Of a stretch of 13,630 nucleotides of DNA, positions 8,033-13,630 are shown piece after piece (position 1 is the stretch's first letter; every line of letters starts with the position of its first letter). The stretch is from Candidatus Heimdallarchaeota archaeon (GTDB taxonomy: Archaea; Asgardarchaeota; Heimdallarchaeia; Hodarchaeales; Hodarchaeaceae), in contig DXJL01000159.1 of the NCBI GenBank assembly GCA_019057635.1, positions 1 through 13,630 of the forward strand. The letters are read 5' to 3'. Under the pieces are notes generated by a model. The model made no database searches and had not been told where the DNA came from. It saw only the letters and a list, made by a program, of their open reading frames with translations. The position numbers were made by a program, and so were the translations under genes.

Positions 8033-9241
8033 ATGATATCTATGATCTGCCGCCTAGCCACAAATGATGACAAAGAAGCAATTAGAAAAATTAGAGTCTA
8101 TGCATTCGAGGGAAGAAAAAATCAATATGACCCTCCAAAAACAGCTGGTACAAAACCTTTAGTGGTTTATCCATTAATAGATTATGTCGTAGAAGAGAAT
8201 AATACGATTACAGCGGTCATAGGCGTTATAAATTTTAGTCAGCGTATTCGAGGAGTATGGGTGAAAATGGCAGGCATTTCAGCTGTCGCATGTAAACCTG
8301 AATATCGACGAAAACATCACATCACGAAATTATTCGAATTTATATTCCAAGATCTTCACAATAAAGAATATCTTGTCTCTTCTCTCTACCCCTTCTCACA
8401 TAAATTTTATGAAAATGTAGGGTATGCACATGTAGATTCCCTAGAAATTTATACCATTCGTTGTTCCAACATAAACCAAAAACCCACTCCAAACCGTAGG
8501 ATCGAAGAAGATTATCATCCCGATTTTACACGATGTCAACCCCTGTACCAGAAAATGACAGAGAAAATAGATGGATTAGTAAAACGTCCCACGAATATTT
8601 GGAAAGACTTGTTGGGATGGAGATGGTATGAAAAAGGGTTTCAATTCCTTTGCCAGGATCTTGAAGGGAATGATTTAGGATATGTGATCATTCGGTTTGA
8701 GCAAAAAAGTCACCAAAACAAATTTCCCTTTATTGAAGTAAAAGAAATGATAAGTTTTGACCCTGAAACGAAGCAGGCGTTATTAAATTTTCTGGCAAAT
8801 CATGACTCACAACGAAAATATATACAATTTGCTCCGCTTGATTCAAACTACCTGCTCTTTATGAAGAATCCTGATATTAAAGAAAAACGGTCAAAGACTA
8901 GTTCGATGTTTAGGATAATAAATGTCGAGAAACTTCTCCCTAAACTAAATTTCCCTGCAGAACTTACTGAGAATGTATGTTTCACACTTACTGACCCCAA
9001 TTGCTCTTGGAATAATAAAACATTCGAATTACAAATAATTAAAGGCAAGGGTCAAGTAATGATTAGCCAAAAAGAATCTAATCTTCAATTGACCATTAAC
9101 TCATTAAGTCAAATCATTTTTGGGTTTTATTCAGTATCAGAATTGGCAGAAGTAGGAAAAATAACTGGTTCTCCTACTGAGATCAATAAATTATCACACA
9201 TATTCCCAAAACAGTTAGCAACTCTTCGTGATTACTTCTAA
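8033..9241 (+). CDS. Eis-like (enhanced intracellular survival) GNAT acetyltransferase with an SCP2-like C-terminal domain
   Basis: GISAVACKPEYRRKH (acetyl-CoA motif A), SSLYPFSHKFYENVGY, MFRIINVEKLL, D..CSWNNKTF, LSQIIFG and C-terminal DYF. About 400 aa, as for Eis. Confidence 0.88.
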   Translation: MISMICRLATNDDKEAIRKIRVYAFEGRKNQYDPPKTAGTKPLVVYPLIDYVVEENNTITAVIGVINFSQRIRGVWVKMAGISAVACKPEYRRKHHITKLFEFIFQDLHNKEYLVSSLYPFSHKFYENVGYAHVDSLEIYTIRCSNINQKPTPNRRIEEDYHPDFTRCQPLYQKMTEKIDGLVKRPTNIWKDLLGWRWYEKGFQFLCQDLEGNDLGYVIIRFEQKSHQNKFPFIEVKEMISFDPETKQALLNFLANHDSQRKYIQFAPLDSNYLLFMKNPDIKEKRSKTSSMFRIINVEKLLPKLNFPAELTENVCFTLTDPNCSWNNKTFELQIIKGKGQVMISQKESNLQLTINSLSQIIFGFYSVSELAEVGKITGSPTEINKLSHIFPKQLATLRDYF

Positions 9242-9266
9242 CCGTCTTTTAATCACCCTTTCAGCA

Positions 9267-9272
9267 TTTTTT
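9267..9272 (+). terminator. Putative oligo-T archaeal terminator after the Eis-like gene
   Basis: T6 tract about 25 nt after the stop codon, in a pyrimidine-rich stretch. Confidence 0.3.
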
Positions 9273-9433
9273 AGGAATAAAAAACTCAGGAAACAACCAG
9301 CTGTAAGCACTAATGATTGTATATACAAATTGAAACGTTCAACAGCAATTTATCCTAGTCACTGTTCCGTCATTTATACCTTTAAATAGATCTGTGCCCT
9401 GAAGTATATCAGAAGATAGATTTTATTAGAGTT

Positions 9434-9709
9434 GTGAATTGGATGATGGAAAATGTAACATTAGAAGTGGCTGAAGCAAAGTTGATAGCATCTCTAAGTA
9501 ATTTAGTTTGGATACTCCCTTGTTTAATGATATTAGAGAATATTATATCTATTGGTATCTTACAGAACGATACCTGGAATTCCAAGGGGACAATGTCAAT
9601 TTTAACAACTGTTCTATGGATTGTTGTAATCTTCAAAGTCGTCAATGTTGTAGAACGTCAACTCAATGCTGAACGAGAACTCCGAATTAAAAGGTACAAG
9701 TCTAAGTAA
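9434..9709 (+). CDS. Small hypothetical membrane protein (about 2 TM helices, basic C-terminal tail)
   Basis: Two hydrophobic segments, then charged ERQLNAERELRIKRYKSK. TTTAAATA TATA-like box at 9381-9388. Stops 10 bp from the convergent radical SAM gene. Exact start uncertain (GTG 9434 or ATG 9443/9446). Confidence 0.55.
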   Translation: MNWMMENVTLEVAEAKLIASLSNLVWILPCLMILENIISIGILQNDTWNSKGTMSILTTVLWIVVIFKVVNVVERQLNAERELRIKRYKSK

Positions 9710-9719
9710 TACGATTTAA

Positions 9720-10982
9720 TTACTCTGTCTTACTAAACGAATATTGACAATCAAAATCTCCCGAGAGAATCTCATCATGAGCTAGACGACCGATTTCGGA
9801 GTGAACTTGGGAAAAAAGGGGAACGGGCTTTTCTGATGACCAGGGTGTACCAGGTAGTGGCATGAAATAATGTAACCGAACACGGGCTTTTCTTCCAAGG
9901 TCACGCATCACTTCAAGCGTATCCCATTGATCTTGCTCAGTTTCTGAAGGAGTTCCGAGAATGAAATCAAAGACTGGTGTATATCCCTGAGAAGTTAGTA
10001 GATCGTACGCACGCATTCCTGCGTCTACGGTGTGTCCACGACGCATATCATGAAGGATTTTGTCAGAACCACTTTGAAATCCAACCGAAATTTGAGTATT
10101 ATCGACAGAGGAAAAGATAGAAACAATATCTTCTGTGATATATTCGGGTCTAACTTCAGAAGGAAAGGTTCCTAAAAATAACCGAACATCATACTGGTGA
10201 ATACGCTGAATTAATTCCTTGAGTATGGGGATATTCGGTATCCCACGTTTTTTCTCCCTGTAACCTAATGAATTTGGTGCAATAAATCGTATATCCACCT
10301 GTTTTTTCAATGGATGAAAGTAGTTGTAATAATGCTCAATTATCTTTAAGATGGCATCTATAGATCGAAACTTTGGATTTCCATACATATATGGTACTTG
10401 GCAGAAACGACAACGAAACGCACAACCACGCATGATTTCAATGGGTGGATGAAGAGGAAAAGGTTCATGAACGGAATAAGGACAATAATGATTAAGATCA
10501 ATACGTGGACGTGCGGGTGTTTGCACCAAATCATCAGTTGTATCCAGATACCCAATACCTGGAATGGTAAGTGGATGATGGAGAGAAAAATGTTGTTTAC
10601 TCAACGAGTGTATGAGTTCAGGAAAGGTTACCTCTCCTTCACCAATTACGACGAAATTAGCACCCATTTTCAGAATCTTAAGGGGGTCTCCTGAAGCATG
10701 AGGGCCTCCGATAACTGAGATCACTTCTGTAGAGGAAAAATTGTCATTTAAACTCTTTAATCGAGTTTTCAACTCTGAAAGAGTCATATTTCGTGAAGAT
10801 TCTCCATAAATTACCCTATATCCCTTGGAAGTCCAATTTTCAATCGTTTTAATGACTTCCCCCTTGATAACTTCAAATGGAATATTATGCTGAGAAAGAC
10901 TTGCTGATATTGCTCCAAAAGCATACCAAGTTATTTTGTCCCAATAAAGGAGTACTATGTATTTGTTGGTATCTTTTACCAT
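9720..10982 (-). CDS. B12-binding domain radical SAM protein (MJ1487/TIGR04013-like); start corrected to MVKDTNKY, 420 aa
   Basis: B12-binding signature IGGPHASGDP...VVIGEGE; CxxxCxxC in PIEIMRGCAFRCRFCQVP; IRFIAPN, FLGTFPSEVRPE, GFQSGSD, HYFMPLPGTP. The ORF-track extension to 11090 overlaps the tRNA. Confidence 0.88.
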   Translation of the reverse strand: MVKDTNKYIVLLYWDKITWYAFGAISASLSQHNIPFEVIKGEVIKTIENWTSKGYRVIYGESSRNMTLSELKTRLKSLNDNFSSTEVISVIGGPHASGDPLKILKMGANFVVIGEGEVTFPELIHSLSKQHFSLHHPLTIPGIGYLDTTDDLVQTPARPRIDLNHYCPYSVHEPFPLHPPIEIMRGCAFRCRFCQVPYMYGNPKFRSIDAILKIIEHYYNYFHPLKKQVDIRFIAPNSLGYREKKRGIPNIPILKELIQRIHQYDVRLFLGTFPSEVRPEYITEDIVSIFSSVDNTQISVGFQSGSDKILHDMRRGHTVDAGMRAYDLLTSQGYTPVFDFILGTPSETEQDQWDTLEVMRDLGRKARVRLHYFMPLPGTPWSSEKPVPLFSQVHSEIGRLAHDEILSGDFDCQYSFSKTE

Positions 10983-11062
10983 AGGAAAAAGCCCTTGTAA
11001 TAGGATAAGCAAATAAAAGTAAGGAATCCCTTGGCCGTGATTTGAACACGGGACAACTCGGT

Positions 11063-11116
11063 AAATGCCAAAGGCTAACATCCTCATCATCGAATTCTCT
11101 GAGGTGTGGCTTTCGC
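11063..11116 (-). other. Canonical 37/38 tRNA intron containing a box C'/D'-like K-loop
   Basis: BHB-like geometry: exon CTGT (32-35) opposite intron GCAT, bulges AG|G and TT|A. Rod-like stem AAAGC..ACA-CCTCA/TGAGG-A-TGT..GCCTTT. Confidence 0.88.
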
Positions 11117-11132
11117 CTACAGCCGAGGGCTC

Positions 11133-11162
11133 ATTAGACTAAGGTTCTACATGAACCATAGC
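11133..11162 (-). other. Non-canonical tRNA intron in the D-loop (position about 21/22)
   Basis: GCTATGGTTCATGTAGAACCTTAGTCTAAT forms the hairpin CTA-T-GGTTC/GAACC-T-TAG. Removing it restores a standard D-arm. The splice motif is a relaxed bulge-helix type and the junction is ambiguous by about 1 nt. Confidence 0.8.
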
Positions 11163-11219
11163 TTCCAGGCTGAGCTACCAAGGGTAAAGCATGAATCACT
11201 ACTCAAACAGGCGGCTGAA

Positions 11220-11239
11220 TGAATCTATATAAAGATTCA
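11220..11239 (-). promoter_or_regulatory. TATA box of the tRNA-Tyr gene (TTTATATA) embedded in an inverted repeat
   Basis: The minus strand reads TTTATATA at 11233-11226, about 42 nt upstream of tRNA nucleotide 1. The plus strand reads TGAATCT-ATATAA-AGATTCA. Confidence 0.65.
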
Positions 11240-11250
11240 CATGGCCTCAG

Positions 11251-11277
11251 AGGTAGAATTGAATGAAAATTCTACCT
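11251..11277 (-). terminator. Stem-loop just downstream of the 11288-11692 gene (possible terminator or processing signal)
   Basis: Perfect 10-bp inverted repeat AGGTAGAATT-N7-AATTCTACCT, 10 nt after the stop codon and just upstream of the tRNA promoter. Confidence 0.45.
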
Positions 11278-11287
11278 TGAAAAGCAG

Positions 11288-11692
11288 TTATTCTTGAGAA
11301 ATTTTGGTTTCTAATAGGGTTTCTATGTTATCGAGACGCTTGTTGATTTTTACTAGGGAACCCATAATTAGTTCTAGACGGCGATCGAGAGCAGAAGCAT
11401 CGCCTGTTGTTTCGAATTCTTGGGGTACTAGCGATTTGCCTTCGGCTAATCCCGCATTTTTATATAGTTCTCCAGCGACTTGACTTAGTAATGCTTTAGG
11501 CACTTGATGTTCGATGTCTGCTTCTTTACAGGCTAATTTCAGACCAGTTTCAATGACTGCTTCTGATAAATTTTCGCCTAAGTCAACAGAAGTAGCTACA
11601 TCGCCACGAAAAATAAGTTCAACGACAGGATTCCCTTCTCTTTTAGTTAAACGGGCTTTAAAGGCCATCCCTGGAATATTTGCTTCGGGCAT
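11288..11692 (-). CDS. Hypothetical protein: small globular N-terminal domain plus C-terminal coiled coil
   Basis: Likely start MPEANIPG (ATG 11692, preceded by GAGGA). C-terminal heptads LDRRLELIMGSLVKINKRLDNIETLLE. The alternative start is 11707. Confidence 0.75.
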   Translation of the reverse strand: MPEANIPGMAFKARLTKREGNPVVELIFRGDVATSVDLGENLSEAVIETGLKLACKEADIEHQVPKALLSQVAGELYKNAGLAEGKSLVPQEFETTGDASALDRRLELIMGSLVKINKRLDNIETLLETKISQE

Positions 11693-11745
11693 TAGATTTT
11701 TCCTCATAAAAGTATATTCAATATTCTAGAATAATAGGTGAATCG

Positions 11746-11764
11746 GAAAGTGATATACACTTTC
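11746..11764. promoter_or_regulatory. Inverted repeat GAAAGTG-ATATA-CACTTTC centred on a TATA-like core upstream of the coiled-coil gene
   Basis: Perfect 7-bp arms. A second palindrome, TATTCTAGAATA, lies at 11722-11733. Confidence 0.4.
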
Positions 11765-11820
11765 TAGTATTTCAGTGCGCATTAATAATGATTTGTAAAT
11801 TCAGAGAGGGGATTGGAAGT

Positions 11821-12177
11821 CTAACCACCGAACATATCTTTAAATCCACGGCGAATAGAATCAAGGAAAGATAACCCATTCATCATTAGGCGTTGGATCT
11901 CCAGTAAATATCGTCTACGAGAAAGAGTTTCTTGAAATACTAAGTAAAATATACCGATGTTACTGATAGCCGCAAGACCAACGATTAATCGTATAAAGAT
12001 TAAGCTTTCATTACTTTCAAACGCAAAAAGTAGAATAGATGCCACAATCAATAATATACTTGAGAGAGCCGACAATAATGTTGCTACTAGCCAGAAGTTA
12101 TATTCGTGTTCGAGCTGTCGTACTTCTCCATGTCCTGAATCAAGAAATTTTCGAATAGAAGGGGGAATAGCTGATAT
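11821..12177 (-). CDS. Hypothetical 2-TM membrane protein, probably initiated at a non-canonical ATA (or CTG 12180) codon
   Basis: The frame of the 84-aa ORF stays open upstream to 12180 (ISAIPPSIRKFLDSGHGEVRQLEHEYNFWLVATLLSALSS...). SD-like GAGGTG at 12189-12184. The ORF-track TTG start falls inside the first hydrophobic helix. Confidence 0.6.
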   Translation of the reverse strand: MSAIPPSIRKFLDSGHGEVRQLEHEYNFWLVATLLSALSSILLIVASILLFAFESNESLIFIRLIVGLAAISNIGIFYLVFQETLSRRRYLLEIQRLMMNGLSFLDSIRRGFKDMFGG

Positions 12178-12226
12178 CAGTTACACCTCTCAGTATACAA
12201 CTCTTGAGTCCCCATAGAATGCCAGA

Positions 12227-13036
12227 TTAATTAACACTTCTACTTTCTGCTTCTGATTGAAGATCAGGTATAATATACTTTAATCCGGTCGAGGCATCTC
12301 GTCCGACTATTACTTTCACACCATACGCATCAAGGATAGATTCTACATTAATCACATCATCAGGCGATCCAATAACTCGAATCTGTCCATCTTTCAAGAT
12401 TATGAGGCTATCACAATATTGGGCAGCAAGAGCAAGGTCGTGCAGTACAAGTATCACTCCAATCTGTTTGGTATGACATACTTCTTTACATAACTCCATA
12501 ATTTTATACTGCATATTGATATCAAGATGGAGCGTTGGTTCATCAAGACAGAGGATTTTTGGGTCCTGTGCAAGACCTAGTGCAATAGTCACAAGTTGTT
12601 TTTCCCCTCCACTGAGCTCACTAACATCTCTATTCACAAGATGAGTTATTCCCACTCGCTCCAATGCTGAATTCACAATTTGATAGTCCTTTTCTGACTC
12701 TCGTTGATATACCCCCAAATGCGGATATCGCCCCATAAGAACGGTTTCAAATACTGTAAATCCTGCAGTAAAACTACTAATTTGTGGGACAACTGAAAGT
12801 ATTCGTGCAAGTTCTTTCCTTTTATATTGGTTTATTTCCTTGTCGTTGATATGAATAGAACCCTGATCCACTTTTAATATACCAGCAATACACCGCAAAA
12901 GCGTGGTTTTTCCAGATCCATTAGGCCCAATAATCCCAATAATCTGCCCTTGACCCGCATTAAACGTGATGCTATCGAGGATTTTTACGTCTTCATACTG
13001 AAAGGACACTTTTTCAACCTTTATTTCCATTTTCAT
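12227..13036 (-). CDS. Iron-siderophore/heme/cobalamin ABC transporter ATP-binding subunit (FepC/BtuD-like)
   Basis: GPNGSGKTT, VVPQ, VLMGRYPH, LSGGEKQ, LDEPTLHLD, VLHDLALAAQYCD. Confidence 0.93.
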   Translation of the reverse strand: MKMEIKVEKVSFQYEDVKILDSITFNAGQGQIIGIIGPNGSGKTTLLRCIAGILKVDQGSIHINDKEINQYKRKELARILSVVPQISSFTAGFTVFETVLMGRYPHLGVYQRESEKDYQIVNSALERVGITHLVNRDVSELSGGEKQLVTIALGLAQDPKILCLDEPTLHLDINMQYKIMELCKEVCHTKQIGVILVLHDLALAAQYCDSLIILKDGQIRVIGSPDDVINVESILDAYGVKVIVGRDASTGLKYIIPDLQSEAESRSVN

Positions 13037-13043
13037 TCCTCGT

Positions 13044-13630
13044 TCAGTATCCTGTCTTCTTGTATTTTCTTAAAAGATAGAGAAAAAATGGTGCACCACA
13101 AAAAGCAGTAATTATTCCAACAGGTAGCTCAGTTGGATAAATAATTGTTTTTGCAACAATATCTGCTAAAATCAAAAAGCTTGCACCACTTAGAGCGGAA
13201 ACAGGAAGCAAAATTCGATGGTCAGGCCCTGTTATCAATCGAACAAGATGCGGAATAATCAGGCCAACGAAACCAATAACTCCTGTAAATGCAACAGAAA
13301 TCGCAGTCATTAAAGTAGCTAAGACTAATAATAATTGTCGAAGCTTTTGTACATCTAATCCACGAAATTGTGCAGATTCTTCACCTAACAATAATAAATT
13401 TAAGGGTCGAGATAATAAAAGGCAAAGGAAACAGGAGGGGATAATAACCATGGCTGCAATAAGCACAGAATCCCAATCCCCTTCAACTAATGATAAACCG
13501 CCCATTAACCAAAAAACAATAGGTCGTAAATGTTCTCCTGAAATATATGTTAAAAAAGATGTGATTGCAGTCATGAAAGATCCAACTGTAATTCCTGATA
13601 GAAGTAAGGTATCAACACTAATTGTACCAC
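13044..13630 (-). CDS. FecCD/BtuC-family ABC transporter permease, 5'-truncated by the window edge
   Basis: The frame is open to the window end (GTISVDTLLLSGITVGSFM...). Motifs FWLMGGL, LLLGEESAQFRG, GVIGFVGLIIPHLVR, ELPVGIITAFCGAPFFLYLL. Confidence 0.93.
   Translation of the reverse strand, partial: GTISVDTLLLSGITVGSFMTAITSFLTYISGEHLRPIVFWLMGGLSLVEGDWDSVLIAAMVIIPSCFLCLLLSRPLNLLLLGEESAQFRGLDVQKLRQLLLVLATLMTAISVAFTGVIGFVGLIIPHLVRLITGPDHRILLPVSALSGASFLILADIVAKTIIYPTELPVGIITAFCGAPFFLYLLRKYKKTGY

Larger units (their letters stand above)
11027..11184 (-). tRNA. tRNA-Tyr(GTA) with two introns (about 30 nt in the D-loop at 21/22; 54 nt at 37/38); CCA not encoded
   Basis: The spliced sequence CCCTTGG TA GCTC AGCCTGGAA GAGC C CTCGG CTGTAGA CCGAG TTGTC CCGTG TTCAAAT CACGG CCAAGGG A (74 nt) folds with all four stems perfectly paired. 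C1-G72 and A73 are the archaeal/eukaryal Tyr identity elements. Anticodon GTA at 11120-11118. Confidence 0.95.

Noticed and set aside
8848-10694. ORFs 8848-9048, 9409-9645, 10358-10555 and 10398-10694
   Set aside because: Antisense or off-frame shadows of the Eis-like, small membrane and radical SAM genes.
11027-11062. tRNA 3' end as an integration (att) site
   Set aside because: I found no duplicate of the tRNA 3' end and no integrase in the window, and the flanking genes look chromosomal.
10983-11090. 36-aa N-terminal extension of the radical SAM ORF (MMRMLAFG...)
   Set aside because: It overlaps the tRNA-Tyr 3' exon and intron, and its ATG is part of the intron's box C-like motif. The family-like sequence begins at Met 10982.
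11251-11277. 3'-UTR hairpin considered as a SECIS element
   Set aside because: On the sense (minus) strand it lacks the AUGA/GA quartet or GAA/A motif, and the upstream gene has no in-frame TGA.
11514-12217. Plus-strand ORFs 11514-11729 and 11957-12217
   Set aside because: Antisense to better-supported minus-strand genes in a uniformly minus-strand cluster. The CSSC in the second looks incidental.
1-13630. CRISPR array, IS element or restriction-modification/defence island
   Set aside because: I saw no regularly spaced repeats, terminal inverted repeats, transposase or nuclease. The methyltransferase is solitary.

Overview
AT-rich archaeal chromosomal window. The Asgard/Heimdallarchaeia-like assignment is an inference from the C1-G72 tRNA-Tyr with BHB-type introns, TATA-like promoters, ABCE1, an MJ1487-type radical SAM gene and a PGF-type C-terminal anchor. 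From left to right it holds: the 3' part of a site-2 (M50) protease, a divergent ABCE1/Rli1, two tandem paralogous membrane metal-dependent hydrolases (the second degenerate), a secreted HEFQH metalloprotease with a PGF-CTERM-like tail, an orphan internally duplicated N6/N4-type methyltransferase, a tail-anchored B-box-like zinc finger, an Eis-like acetyltransferase, a small membrane protein, a B12-binding radical SAM enzyme, a tRNA-Tyr(GTA) missing from the ORF track, two hypothetical genes, and the end of an iron-chelate/cobalamin ABC transporter operon. The most notable element is the tRNA-Tyr. It has two introns (D-loop and canonical 37/38), and the anticodon intron carries a box C'/D'-like K-loop, a possible L7Ae site. 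I saw no CRISPR array, transposase or integrase.
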